In this document: positions 38,117-47,831 of the stretch, one piece after another
Layout: every line of letters begins with the position of its first letter
Position numbering within the stretch: the stretch's first letter is position 1
Assembly (NCBI GenBank): GCA_965116845.1
Contig: OZ220728.1
Span: forward strand, 4,920,433-4,984,432
DNA length: 64,000 nt
Direction of reading: 5' to 3'
Source of the DNA: Vicinamibacterales bacterium
Lineage (GTDB): Bacteria > Acidobacteriota > Vicinamibacteria > Vicinamibacterales > UBA8438
Notes under the pieces: model-generated
Told to the model about the DNA's origin: nothing
Databases searched by the model: none
Seen by the model: the letters and a program-made list of their open reading frames with translations, nothing else
Made by a program: the position numbers and the translations under genes

Positions 38117-39553
38117 ATGAAGGCAACAGACGTGATGGCGCTCATCGAGAGCAAGCAGATCAGGGCGGTCGACCTGCGGTTCGTCGATCTCCCCGGCCTC
38201 TGGCAGCACTTCACGGTGTCGACGAAGGAATTCGAAATCGACATCTTCGAGGAGGGGATCGGCTTCGACGGGTCGAGCATCCGGGGCTTCCAGCAGATCC
38301 AGGAGAGCGACATGCTGCTCTTCCCCGACCCGGCCACCGCGTTCGTCGACCCGTTCGCGGCGACGCCGACGCTGGTCCTGATCTGCAACGTGAAGGACCC
38401 GGTGACCGGCGAGTCCTACAGCCGCGATCCGCGCTACATCGCCCAGAAGGCGGAGGCATACCTGAAGTCGACGGGCATCGGCGACACCGCCTACTTCGGC
38501 CCCGAGCCGGAGTTCTTCATTCTCGACGACGTCCGCTACGGACAGACCTACAACGAGGGCTTCTACCGTGTCGACGCCGGCGAGGGATTCTGGAACGCCG
38601 GCCGCGTGGAGAACCCCGACGCCGCCGGCGCCTCGCGCAACCTCGGCTACAAGATCCGCTACAAGCAGGGCTACTTCCCCGTGCCGCCGGCCGACACGCA
38701 CCAGGATCTGCGCACCGAGATGATGCTGGCGCTCGAGGAGATCGGCGTCGAGGTCGAGGTGCAGCACCACGAGGTGGGCACGGCGGGTCAGGCCGAGATC
38801 GACATGCGCTTCGACTCGCTCGTGAGCATGGGCGACAAGCTGCTCAAGTACAAGTACGCCGTCAAGAACGTGGCCCGGCGCCACGGCAAGACGGTGACGC
38901 TCATGCCGAAGCCGATCTTCCAGGACAACGGCTCCGGGATGCACGTGCACCAGAGCCTCTGGAAGGACGGCCGCAACCAGTTCTTCGAGGCGGGAACCTA
39001 CGCCGACCTCAGCCAGACCGCCCTGTACTACATCGGCGGCCTCCTCAAGCACGCGCCCGCACTGCTCGCGCTGACGAACCCGACCACCAACTCGTACCGG
39101 CGGCTGGTGCCGGGCTACGAGGCGCCGATCAACCTGATCTACTCGATGCGCAACCGCAGCGCGGCGGTCCGCATCCCGGTGTACTCGAGCAGCGAGAAGG
39201 CGAAGCGGGTCGAGTGCCGCTTCCCCGACCCGACCTGCAACGGGTACCTCGCGTTCAGCGCCATGCTGATGGCGGGCCTCGACGGCGTGCAGAACAAGAT
39301 CACGCCGCCCGGACCGCTCGACAAGGACCTCTACGACCTGCCGCCGGAGGAGCTCGGCAAGATCGCCAGCACGCCGGCCGACCTGTCGCAGGTCCTCGAC
39401 GCGCTCGAGGCCGACCACGACTTCCTGCTCAAGGGCGACGTCTTCACGTCGGACGTGATTGAGACGTGGATCGCCTACAAGCGGGAGAACGAGGTGGACG
39501 CGATTCGCCTGCGGCCGCATCCGTGGGAGTTCGCGCTCTACTTCGACATCTAG
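38117..39553 (+). CDS. glnA: Glutamine synthetase, type I (adenylylatable)
   Basis: The ATG at 38117 has GGAGG 6 nt upstream. It carries GS-I blocks ([66 protein letters not shown]). The adenylylation motif [10 protein letters not shown] has its Tyr codon at 39332-39334. Confidence 0.92.
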   Translation: MKATDVMALIESKQIRAVDLRFVDLPGLWQHFTVSTKEFEIDIFEEGIGFDGSSIRGFQQIQESDMLLFPDPATAFVDPFAATPTLVLICNVKDPVTGESYSRDPRYIAQKAEAYLKSTGIGDTAYFGPEPEFFILDDVRYGQTYNEGFYRVDAGEGFWNAGRVENPDAAGASRNLGYKIRYKQGYFPVPPADTHQDLRTEMMLALEEIGVEVEVQHHEVGTAGQAEIDMRFDSLVSMGDKLLKYKYAVKNVARRHGKTVTLMPKPIFQDNGSGMHVHQSLWKDGRNQFFEAGTYADLSQTALYYIGGLLKHAPALLALTNPTTNSYRRLVPGYEAPINLIYSMRNRSAAVRIPVYSSSEKAKRVECRFPDPTCNGYLAFSAMLMAGLDGVQNKITPPGPLDKDLYDLPPEELGKIASTPADLSQVLDALEADHDFLLKGDVFTSDVIETWIAYKRENEVDAIRLRPHPWEFALYFDI

Positions 39554-39674
39554 GAGCTTGCCCCGCAGAACGCCAGCGGAGCGAGTGCCGCGTCGCAGGC
39601 TCCGGGCCCGGTAGGGCTGGGACCGGACATGGAGCCTGCGACGGATTCGGCGGCGCCAGGTCCCAGCGCTTCGC

Positions 39675-39708
39675 GGGTTCCCCGGTGCCCGGGCGCACCG
39701 GGGAACCC
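39675..39708 (+). terminator. Perfect 14-bp GC-rich hairpin between glnA and glnE (attenuator/terminator candidate)
   Basis: The sequence gggttccccggtgc-ccgggc-gcaccggggaaccc lies 28 nt upstream of the glnE ATG. Confidence 0.45.
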
Positions 39709-39735
39709 GCCCGTCCGCAGCCAGCAGGGACGAAG

Positions 39736-42700
39736 ATGGACTCCGTCACTCCGCGCGACCTCTTCCTTGCCGCCGAGCTGTCGACCGCGGAGGCCGCGCG
39801 GTTCCTGGAAGGGCGCGGGCTGCGTGACGGCGCGGCGGCGGACCGGCATCTGCAGGAGATCGCCGACGATCTGACGAGCCGGCTGGCGCTCGGAGACCTC
39901 GCGGAGCTGCTCCTCGACACCCTCTCGACGACCCCGGATCCGGATGCCGCCCTCGTCGGCTTCTGCCGCTACGTCACGGCGCGGACACCGAAGGCCGCGT
40001 TCCTCGGCACGGTCCGTGCCGACCCGCGGGCGCTCGACATCCTGGCGCAGATCCTCGGCACCTCGCCCTTTCTGAGCGAGATCCTGATCCGCAATCCGGG
40101 CTACCTCGACTGGCTGCGGCGCGAGCTCGACGCCCCGCCGCCCGATCGGAAGGCCTTCGAGCACGAGATCCTCCGGCTGTTCGGCGGCGGCCAGCACCCC
40201 GAGCGTCAGATCGACGGACTGAAGCGGCTGCAACGGCGGGAGATGCTGCGCGTGGCGGCGCGGGACCTGTTCGGCATGCTCGACCGGGAGACGCTGACGA
40301 CGACGACCGCACAGCTCTCGGACCTCGCCGACGCCATCGTCGACGGCGCCCTGCGGATCGCCACGGCGGAGCAGACGGAGCGCGGAGGCCCGCTGGCCGG
40401 ACGCTTCGCGGTCATCGGCATGGGCAAGCTGGGCGGCGGCGACCTCAACTACAGCTCGGACATCGATCTCATCTACGTCTACGACGCGCCGGACGACGCC
40501 GTGGCGGCGGTGCATCCGCGCTACCAGAAGCTCGGCCGGCGGCTCACGGGCCTGCTGAGCGAGCACACCGGGGAGGGCTACCTCTACCGGGTCGACATGC
40601 GCCTGCGGCCGATGGGGCAGCGAGGGGCCCTCGTCTACTCGCTCCGCCAGGCGGCGCAGTACTACGAGAGCCTGGCCGAGACCTTCGAGCGGTTCGCGCT
40701 GCTCAAGGCGCGCCCGATCGCGGGCGACCGGGAGCTCGGGGCGCGCTTCGTGGAGGCGGTGCAGCCGTTCGTCTATCGCAAGTACCTCGACCACGCCGCC
40801 ATCGAGGAGCTGGTGCGCTACAAGGCGCGGGCCGACCGGGCGCACGCGAAGCACGGAGACCTGGATCGGAACATCAAGGAGGGCCGCGGCGGCATCCGCG
40901 AGATCGAGCTGTTCGCACAGGTGTTCCAACTGATTCACGGCGGCGATACGCCCGCGCTCCGCACCGGTCACACGCTGACCGCGCTCGAGCAGCTCGGCGC
41001 CAACGGGTTCATCGACGCGGAGGTGCAGCGCGACCTCGCGGCGGCCTACATCTTCCTGCGCAACATCGAGCACGGCCTGCAGGTCGCCGAGGGCCAGCAG
41101 ACCCACAGCCTCTCCGGCACCGACCGGGGAATGCTCGCCCTGGCGCGGCGCCTCGGCTTCGACAACGTGGACACGCTGATGTCGGTCCTCGACCGCCACC
41201 GGGACCGCGTCCACGCGGTCTACTCGGACCTCTTCCACGATTCGGCCCCCGACGGAAGCCGGCAGGGCGGCCGCGACATGTTCCGCCTGCTCGCGGGCGA
41301 GATGAGCGACGACGAGGGACGCTCGCGCCTCGGCGACGCAGGGGTCGAGAACCCGCAGGGGGCGCTCGACGCGATCCGCGCGCTCGATGCCGCTCCAGCG
41401 CAGGGGCGGGCTTCCGCGCGCGGCCTGCTGGCCAACCTGCTCGGCTCCATCCTGTCCGGCGAGACCCGTCTCTCCGCGCCGGGACAGGTTCTCCTCCGCC
41501 TCGAGCAGGTGGTGTCCCACGTCGGGGCTCCCGGCGCCCTGTTCCGCACTCTGCTCGAGGACGACGAGCTGCGGGAACGGCTGCTGATCGGGCTCGACGC
41601 CGGCGATCTCTTCGCGGCGCGCCTCTCCGCCTACCCGGAGCTGCTCGACTTTCTCGCCAGCGTCGCGCTGGAGCCGGAGTCGTTCCGCACCGCGGTGGCC
41701 GAGGCGTTCGACGCGGTGGTCGCGGGCGGCGACGACTTCGAGTCCCGCTTCGACCCGTTCCGCCGCGTGAAGGTCATCGAGGAATTCAAGGTGCTCGCCG
41801 AGTGGCTGGCGGGCCGTCGTCTCGACCGGCTGAACGACAAGCTCTCCCTCGTCGCCGACTGCGCCGTCGAGGCGGCCGCGCGCACGGCGGCGCTGGAGCG
41901 CCCCCCGGATCCCGATGCGGCGGACCCGGAGGCGGGCTGGACCGTCGTGGCTCTCGGCAAGCTCGGCAGCCGCGAGCTGACGGTGCACTCCGACCTCGAC
42001 CTGGTGTTCGTCTACGCCGGCGAGACGACCGACGCCCCGCGCTTCGAGCGGCACCAGAAGTTCGTCCGCGCCATCCACGACCTGCTCTCGCGAAAGACGG
42101 GCGCCGGGTCCGCGTACGAGTTCGACACGCGGCTCCGTCCCGAAGGGAAGATGGGCGCGCTGGCGATCCCGCTCCCCGCCTTCGAGCGCTACCTGCGCGA
42201 GCGCGCGGAAACCTGGGAGCGCATGGCGTGGACCCGTCGCCGGCCGGCGGGCGGCGACCCGGAGCTGGCCCGACGGCTGTGCGAGACCGTCGACCGTTTC
42301 GTCTATGGCCCGTGGGCACCCGACATCCCGTCCTACGCGCGGCACGTGCGGTCCCGGATCGAGCGCGAGCTGGCCGGCGAGGCGGCCGGCGACCACCTCG
42401 ACCTGAAGCGGGGACGCGGCGGGCTGGCCGACATCGACTTCCTGCTGCAGGTGCTGCAGATCCGCGAAGGAGCGGAACGGGAGCAATTCCGCGTTCCCGG
42501 CTCGCGGGCGCTTCTCGCCGCGCTGCCCGATACGGCAATCCTGCGGCCCGCGGAGGTGGACACGCTGCGCGAAGGCTACGCGTTCCTGCGGGAGCTCGAA
42601 ACCGTGCTGCGCATCTATACGGACACGGGCGGCGGGGCCATCCCGACCGACCCGGCCGCCCTCGATCCCATCGCCCACCGCCTGCGCGAGGCGAGCTCCG

Positions 42701-42795
42701 GCGCCGAGCTCCTCGCCCGCTATCGGGAGGTCACGGGCGAGGTGCGCGCGATCTACGAAGCCGGCATGGACCGGCTGGAAGGCGAGCCCGGGTAG
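39736..42795 (+). CDS. glnE: Bifunctional glutamine synthetase adenylyltransferase/adenylyl-removing enzyme
   Basis: 1019 aa with two nucleotidyltransferase halves (GMGKLGGGDLNYSSDIDLIYVY and ALGKLGSRELTVHSDLDLVFVY). Each half is followed by a GlnE-type helical domain (GGIREIELFAQV / GGLADIDFLLQV). Confidence 0.9.
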   Translation: MDSVTPRDLFLAAELSTAEAARFLEGRGLRDGAAADRHLQEIADDLTSRLALGDLAELLLDTLSTTPDPDAALVGFCRYVTARTPKAAFLGTVRADPRALDILAQILGTSPFLSEILIRNPGYLDWLRRELDAPPPDRKAFEHEILRLFGGGQHPERQIDGLKRLQRREMLRVAARDLFGMLDRETLTTTTAQLSDLADAIVDGALRIATAEQTERGGPLAGRFAVIGMGKLGGGDLNYSSDIDLIYVYDAPDDAVAAVHPRYQKLGRRLTGLLSEHTGEGYLYRVDMRLRPMGQRGALVYSLRQAAQYYESLAETFERFALLKARPIAGDRELGARFVEAVQPFVYRKYLDHAAIEELVRYKARADRAHAKHGDLDRNIKEGRGGIREIELFAQVFQLIHGGDTPALRTGHTLTALEQLGANGFIDAEVQRDLAAAYIFLRNIEHGLQVAEGQQTHSLSGTDRGMLALARRLGFDNVDTLMSVLDRHRDRVHAVYSDLFHDSAPDGSRQGGRDMFRLLAGEMSDDEGRSRLGDAGVENPQGALDAIRALDAAPAQGRASARGLLANLLGSILSGETRLSAPGQVLLRLEQVVSHVGAPGALFRTLLEDDELRERLLIGLDAGDLFAARLSAYPELLDFLASVALEPESFRTAVAEAFDAVVAGGDDFESRFDPFRRVKVIEEFKVLAEWLAGRRLDRLNDKLSLVADCAVEAAARTAALERPPDPDAADPEAGWTVVALGKLGSRELTVHSDLDLVFVYAGETTDAPRFERHQKFVRAIHDLLSRKTGAGSAYEFDTRLRPEGKMGALAIPLPAFERYLRERAETWERMAWTRRRPAGGDPELARRLCETVDRFVYGPWAPDIPSYARHVRSRIERELAGEAAGDHLDLKRGRGGLADIDFLLQVLQIREGAEREQFRVPGSRALLAALPDTAILRPAEVDTLREGYAFLRELETVLRIYTDTGGGAIPTDPAALDPIAHRLREASSGAELLARYREVTGEVRAIYEAGMDRLEGEPG

Positions 42796-43239
42796 CTAAC
42801 TGGCGTAGGCGTTGAGTTGCCGGATGCGCAGGCCCGGGATTTCCGGGAGACGCCGGTCGTTCGTGAGCAGCGTCCCGCAGCCCGTGCTGACGGCCGCCGC
42901 CAGTTGGAGGGCGTCCGGAGTGTTGACGCCAGTCGTCGCTCGCAGCGCGGCTGCAGTGCGCAGCTGGTCGCGGTTCACGTCGACGAGGCGAATGCCGGGG
43001 CTGCGCGTCAGCAGGGCCTCGTAGCGGTCGGCCAGGGCTCGATTGCCGGCCCGGAGGGGCACGACCAGAACCTCCAGCAGGCTGAGAGCCGACGTAACGA
43101 GCGGCCGGACGCCCTCGTCCGCCTCCCGGAACAGCGGGTCGAGCAACCCTGCGAACCGGGGCTCGTCCTCGATGAAGTAGATGAAGACGGCCGTGTCCAC
43201 GGCCACCGGGCTCCGTCCGAGATCGGCCGTCAATCCCAT
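42796..43239 (-). CDS. vapC: PIN-domain toxin (VapC/FitB-like)
   Basis: It has VAVDTAVFIYFIE, LVTSALSLLEVL and a C-terminal TPDALQLAAAVSTGCGTLLTNDRRL. Its stop abuts the glnE stop (tagcta). Confidence 0.75.
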   Translation of the reverse strand: MGLTADLGRSPVAVDTAVFIYFIEDEPRFAGLLDPLFREADEGVRPLVTSALSLLEVLVVPLRAGNRALADRYEALLTRSPGIRLVDVNRDQLRTAAALRATTGVNTPDALQLAAAVSTGCGTLLTNDRRLPEIPGLRIRQLNAYAS

Positions 43240-43460
43240 GCGTCTCGCTCGCGCTGCACGTGCGCGACCGGATCGACATCCGCCCAGATCTCTTTCCCGA
43301 GCCCCCGAAGATCGAGGATGGAGAGGGGCTCGGGCGCGCCCAGGGCCTGCTCCAGGAGGTGCGTCACCTGCTGGGCCACGGAGCGCCGTTCCTGCCTGGC
43401 CCGTGCCTGAAGCTTGGCGTGCAGGTCATCCGGCAGGTTCTTGATGTTCAGTACGGCCAC
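43230..43460 (-). CDS. Ribbon-helix-helix antitoxin (FitA/VapB-like)
   Basis: The GTG at 43460 has AGGAGG 6 nt upstream and gives (M)AVLNIKNLPDDLHAKLQARARQERRSVAQQVTHLLEQAL, a typical FitA-like RHH N-terminus. It overlaps the PIN gene by 10 nt. Confidence 0.65.
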   Translation of the reverse strand: MAVLNIKNLPDDLHAKLQARARQERRSVAQQVTHLLEQALGAPEPLSILDLRGLGKEIWADVDPVAHVQRERDAWD

Positions 43461-43519
43461 GAGACTCCTCCTGGATTCCTCCATTATGGAGTAGCCGACT
43501 GGACTGTCAAGCCCGCCTG

Positions 43520-44518
43520 CTAGTGGTGGCCGAGCACGGGGTGCGGGACGTACGGTTCCTCGAGCTTGCGGCACTCGTCGTCGTCGAGCGTCAGGTCGAG
43601 GGCGGCGACGGCGTCGTCGAGGTGCTCGAGCTTCGTCGAGCCGAAGATGGGCGCCGTCACGCCCGGCTGGCGGAGAATCCAGGCCAGGGCGACCTGGGCC
43701 GGCGTCGCGCCGCGAGCCCGCGCGAGCTCGACCACCCGGTCGACGACGCGGAAGTCCGACTCGGCGTAGTAGAGCCCGTGCGCGTACTCGTCCGTCTGCG
43801 CCCGGAGCGTGTCCCCGCTCTTCGTGCCGTCGCCAGCGCCCGGACGGGCACGGTTGCCGGCCAGGAAACCGCGCGCCAGGGGGCTCCACGGGATGACCCC
43901 GACGCCCTCGGCGCGGCAGAGCGGCAGCATCTCGCGCTCCTCCTCGCGGTAGACCAGGTTGTAGTGGTTCTGCATCGCGACGAAGCGGGTCCACCCGTGC
44001 CGCTCGGCCGCGTGGAGCATCGCGGCGAACTGCCACGCGAACATGCTCGACGCGCCGAGGTAGCGCGCCTTGCCGGCCCGCACGATGTCGTGGAGCGCCT
44101 CGAGCGTCTCCTCGATCGGGGTGTGCGGGTCGAAACGGTGTATCTGGTAGAGGTCGACGTAGTCCGTCCCCAGGCGGCGGAGCGACGCGTCGACGGCGTC
44201 GAGGAGGTGCTTGCGGGAGAGCCCCCGGTCGTTCGGCCCGTCGCCCATCGGGAAGAACGCCTTGGTGGCGATGACCACCTGCTCGCGCGTGGTGAAGTCG
44301 CGCAGCGCGCGACCGAGGATCTCCTCGCTGACGCCGCGCGAGTACATGTCGGCCGTGTCGAAGAAGTTGATGCCGGCGTCGAGGGCGCGCCTCACGAACG
44401 GGCGGCCGGCTTCCTCGGAGAGCACCCAGGGGCGCCACTCGGTCGACCCGAAGGTCATCGCGCCGAGGCAGAGACGGGAGACCCGCAGGCCGGTGGAGCC
44501 GAGGTTGACGTAATCCAT
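43520..44518 (-). CDS. Aldo/keto reductase
   Basis: It begins MDYVNLGSTGLRVSRLCLGAMTFG, followed by NFFDTADMYSRGVSEEILG, DLYQIHRFD and IPWSPLARGFLAG. Confidence 0.88.
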   Translation of the reverse strand: MDYVNLGSTGLRVSRLCLGAMTFGSTEWRPWVLSEEAGRPFVRRALDAGINFFDTADMYSRGVSEEILGRALRDFTTREQVVIATKAFFPMGDGPNDRGLSRKHLLDAVDASLRRLGTDYVDLYQIHRFDPHTPIEETLEALHDIVRAGKARYLGASSMFAWQFAAMLHAAERHGWTRFVAMQNHYNLVYREEEREMLPLCRAEGVGVIPWSPLARGFLAGNRARPGAGDGTKSGDTLRAQTDEYAHGLYYAESDFRVVDRVVELARARGATPAQVALAWILRQPGVTAPIFGSTKLEHLDDAVAALDLTLDDDECRKLEEPYVPHPVLGHH

Positions 44519-44614
44519 GGGTACTGGCGGCAGGAACGGACGGCAATGCGCCGTCGCGGCGAGTGCCGCCAAATGGGGCCAGGTATCGGCGCCGCCGGCG
44601 TCATGCAGCGCCGC

Positions 44615-44845
44615 TTACGGAACCGTGTGGTAGTGGCCGTGCTCCGGATCCCACACCTGCCGCGGACCGGAGCCCTCGGAGGTGAAGGTGTACACGATGA
44701 CCCCGGCGATCGCCACGAGCACCGCGAGGGCGGCGTACAGGCCCAGTTGCGACCTGCGCTCCGTCTTCTTGGCGCAGCATTGCTTGAACTTGCGGCCGCT
44801 GCCGCAGGGACAGGCGTCGTTCCGGCCGACCTTGGATGCTGCCAT
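44615..44845 (-). CDS. Small SEC-C-motif protein with C-terminal TM helix
   Basis: It begins [24 protein letters not shown], a SEC-C zinc motif, followed by a hydrophobic helix [19 protein letters not shown]. It is the C-terminal part of a longer artefactual ORF. Confidence 0.6.
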   Translation of the reverse strand: MAASKVGRNDACPCGSGRKFKQCCAKKTERRSQLGLYAALAVLVAIAGVIVYTFTSEGSGPRQVWDPEHGHYHTVP

Positions 44846-44966
44846 GATGCCGCTCCGCGGCCAGTATACTGCCGCGTGACCGGCGGCGGAAGCGTGCGCG
44901 GCGGCACGTAGCAGGCCGGGGCCGGCAGGCTGACGGCCGGGCGGCAGGCGGCACCCCACCAAGACG

Positions 44967-45890
44967 ATGGCGGACACCCTCGTGGAGCGCGTCAACGACG
45001 CGCACTGCCACTTCTTCTCGGCCGGCTTCTTCTCGGCCCTGGGCCGCGATCCGGCGGCGCCGGCGGCCGGCGAGCCGGCGATCGAGTTGCCGGCACGGCT
45101 CGGCTGGGATCCGCCCGGGACGCCCGCCGCGCTTGCGGACCGCTGGGTGGCGGAGCTCGACCGCCACGGCGTGGCCCGCGCCGCGGTCATGGCGAGCGTG
45201 CCGGGGGACGAGGCGTCGGTCGCCGCGGCGGTCGTCCGCCACCCCGCCCGGCTCACGGGGACGTTCATGCTCGACCCGACCGCGCCGGCGGCGCCCGAGC
45301 GCGCCCGGCAGGGCTTCGTCGTGCACGGCCTCCGCTGCGTGTGCCTCTTCCCCGCGATGCACCGCTTCGGGCTCGACGACGAGCGGGTGGCGGCCGTCTT
45401 CGAGGCCGCCGCGGCCCACGGACGGGCGGTGTTCGTGCACTGCGGCGTGCTGTCGGTAGGGGTCCGCCGCAAGCTGGACCTGCCGTGCCGCTTCGACGTC
45501 CGCCGCGGCAATCCGCTCCACCTCGTGCCGACCGCGTCCGCGTTCCCGTCGGTGCCGGTCGTCATTCCCCACTTCGGGGCCGGGCTGCTGCGCGAGACCC
45601 TGATGGCGGCGGACCTCTGCCCCACCATCCACGTCGACACGTCGAGCTCCAACGGTTGGACGCGGTTCCTCACGCCGCCGCCCACGCTGACCGACGTCTT
45701 CCGCCGCGCCCTCGACGTCCTCGGACCGGAGCGGATCCTCTTCGGCTCTGATTCGTCGTTCTTCCCGCGCGGCTGGCAGCGGCCGATCTACGACGCGCAA
45801 CGCGCCGCGCTCGACGAGATCGGCGTCGACGAGCCGGCGCGCGCGGCGATCCTCGCCGGCAACTTCGAGCGGGTCTTCGGCCCGGCCTGA
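44967..45890 (+). CDS. Amidohydrolase_2 (ACMSD-like TIM-barrel metal hydrolase) family protein
   Basis: It has an N-terminal VNDAHCHFF metal motif, internal FVHCG and IPHFGAG, and a C-terminal [10 protein letters not shown]...NFERVF. Confidence 0.75.
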   Translation: MADTLVERVNDAHCHFFSAGFFSALGRDPAAPAAGEPAIELPARLGWDPPGTPAALADRWVAELDRHGVARAAVMASVPGDEASVAAAVVRHPARLTGTFMLDPTAPAAPERARQGFVVHGLRCVCLFPAMHRFGLDDERVAAVFEAAAAHGRAVFVHCGVLSVGVRRKLDLPCRFDVRRGNPLHLVPTASAFPSVPVVIPHFGAGLLRETLMAADLCPTIHVDTSSSNGWTRFLTPPPTLTDVFRRALDVLGPERILFGSDSSFFPRGWQRPIYDAQRAALDEIGVDEPARAAILAGNFERVFGPA

Positions 45891-45969
45891 CGAGCAGGTC
45901 GGGCGCGACTGCGGCTCGCCGCGACGCAGGGAGCAGTCGGGCGCGACGGACGACTGCCCGCGATGCGGG

Positions 45970-46965
45970 TCACGGCCGGAGCAGCAGCTTGCCGACGTGG
46001 ACGCTCGATTCCAGGACCCTGTGCGCCGCGGCCGCCTCCGCGAGCGGCCACGTGGCGTGGATCACGGGCCGCAGCTCGCCCGCCGCAAAGCGCGGCCAGA
46101 CGTGCTCGCGCACGGCCCGGCCGACCTCGGCCTTCTGCTCGACGGAACGGGAGCGCAGCGTGGAGGCGGTCAGCGTGAGCCGGCGGGACATGAAGTCGAG
46201 CAGGTTCACCTCCGCCTCCGCGCCCGCCATCACCGCGATCACGACCAGACGCCCTTCCGTCGCCAGGGCGGCGAGGTTGCGGGAGAGATACGGCGCGCCC
46301 ACCATATCGAGCACGACGTCGACGCCGCGCCCGCCGGTGGCGTCGCGGACGACGGCCACGAAGTCCTCCTCGCGGTAGTTGACGGCGCGCTCGGCACCGA
46401 GCTCCACGCACGCGGCGCACTTGGCGGCCGAGCCGGCAGTGGCGAAGACCCGCGCGCCAAGCCGGCGCGCGAGCTGGATGGCCGCCGTGCCGACGCCGCT
46501 CGAGCCGCCGTGGACCAGGAACGACTCGCCGGCCCGCAGCCGGCCGCGGTCGACGACGTTGGTCCAGACGGTGCAGTACGCCTCGGGCAGCGCGGCGGCG
46601 TCGACGAGGCTCACCGTCTCCGGGATCGGCAGGCACTGCGGCGCCGGCACGAGGCAGTACTCGGCGTAGGCGCCGCCGGAGACGATGGCGCAGACGCGGT
46701 CGCCGGCGGCCACCGGATGGGCCTCGGGGCCGACCGCGGCCACCGTCCCCGACACCTCGAGCCCGGGGAGGTCCGACGCGCCGGGCGGGGGCGGGTAGCG
46801 GCCCTCGCGCTGCATCACGTCGGCCCGGTTGATGCCCGCCGCGGCCACCCGGACCAGCGCCTCGCCGGGGCCGGGGCGGGGCGTCGGCCGGCTGACGAGC
46901 CGGAGGGCCTCGGGCGGGCCCGGCTCGGCGATCTCGACGGCGCGCATCGTCTCGGGAATCGACAT
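45970..46965 (-). CDS. qor: NAD(P)H:quinone oxidoreductase (zeta-crystallin/MDR family)
   Basis: It begins MSIPETMRAVEI, followed by GINRADVMQREGRYPPPPGASDLPGLEVSGTV and LVHGGSSGVGTAAIQLA. The start is at ATG 46965. Confidence 0.85.
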   Translation of the reverse strand: MSIPETMRAVEIAEPGPPEALRLVSRPTPRPGPGEALVRVAAAGINRADVMQREGRYPPPPGASDLPGLEVSGTVAAVGPEAHPVAAGDRVCAIVSGGAYAEYCLVPAPQCLPIPETVSLVDAAALPEAYCTVWTNVVDRGRLRAGESFLVHGGSSGVGTAAIQLARRLGARVFATAGSAAKCAACVELGAERAVNYREEDFVAVVRDATGGRGVDVVLDMVGAPYLSRNLAALATEGRLVVIAVMAGAEAEVNLLDFMSRRLTLTASTLRSRSVEQKAEVGRAVREHVWPRFAAGELRPVIHATWPLAEAAAAHRVLESSVHVGKLLLRP

Positions 46966-47103
46966 CGCGCGAGTATAATCGGGCGGCGTGAGGGCGCTGG
47001 CGGGCGCAAGACGCCCGGCGGGCGGAGGACGCCGCCCCCCCGGGGCAGCCCGGATGCGCCGCCCAACCGCGGTCAGCCGAGCCGTCCGCCCGCGTCCCGA
47101 CCG

Positions 47104-47823
47104 ATGCCGCCTGCAACCTCGCCCGCCAACCTCCGCATCGCGATCGTCGGCTTCGGCCGCATGGGCCGGGCGGTGGACGCGCTCGCGGCCGAGCACGGCT
47201 GCGAGGTGGTCGCGCGGCTCGACGTCGAGGACAACCGCGACGGCGCAGGGATCGACTCCCCGGCGCTCGACGGCGCGGAGGTCGCCATCGAGTTCTCGCT
47301 GGCCGGGGCGGTGGCGACGAATGTCACCCGCCTGGCGGCTCGCGGCATCGACGTCGTGGTCGGGACGACCGGCTGGGACGAGCAGGTGGCGGCGGTGCGG
47401 CACGCCGCGGAAGCGGCCGGCATCGGCGTCGTGCACGCCGCGAACTTCTCGCCCGGCGTCAACCTGTTCCTGGCCGTCGTGGAGCGAGCGGCGCGGCTCT
47501 TCGCTGCGCGCGACGACTTCGGGGCCTGGATCCACGAGGCGCACCACGCGGCCAAGCGGGACGCTCCGTCCGGGACGGCGCTGGCGCTCGAGGCCGTGAT
47601 GCGGGACGCCGGCTACCCGGCGGCGATCGACGTCGCGTCGACGCGGGCCGGGAAGATGCCCGGCACCCACACGGTAGGCTTCGACGGGGTGTTCGACACG
47701 ATTACGCTGACGCACACGGCGCGGGACCGCGCCACGTTCGCGCGCGGCGCGCTCGAGGCGGCGCGGTGGGTGCGCGGGCGGCGCGGCTGGTTCACGATGC
47801 GCGACGTGCTCGGGATCGATTGA
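47104..47823 (+). CDS. dapB: 4-hydroxy-tetrahydrodipicolinate reductase
   Basis: It has LRIAIVGFGRMGR and EAHHAAKRDAPSGTAL (the DapB E-x-HH-x-K-x-DAPSGTA signature). The start is ATG 47104, inside a longer artefactual ORF. Confidence 0.88.
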   Translation: MPPATSPANLRIAIVGFGRMGRAVDALAAEHGCEVVARLDVEDNRDGAGIDSPALDGAEVAIEFSLAGAVATNVTRLAARGIDVVVGTTGWDEQVAAVRHAAEAAGIGVVHAANFSPGVNLFLAVVERAARLFAARDDFGAWIHEAHHAAKRDAPSGTALALEAVMRDAGYPAAIDVASTRAGKMPGTHTVGFDGVFDTITLTHTARDRATFARGALEAARWVRGRRGWFTMRDVLGID

Positions 47824-47831
47824 GGGACGAC

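Noticed and set aside
39550-42678. 1042-aa minus-strand ORF antisense to glnE, with similar antisense ORFs at 33745-36462, 36535-37614 and 37838-39520
   Set aside because: These have no recognisable motifs and show antisense-type low-complexity composition. The plus-strand glnD/glnB/glnA/glnE assignments are unambiguous.
46974-46979. Perfect TATAAT hexamer in the qor-dapB divergent region
   Set aside because: There is no convincing -35 element at 17-bp spacing, and it lies ~125 nt from the dapB start. A single hexamer is insufficient to call a promoter.
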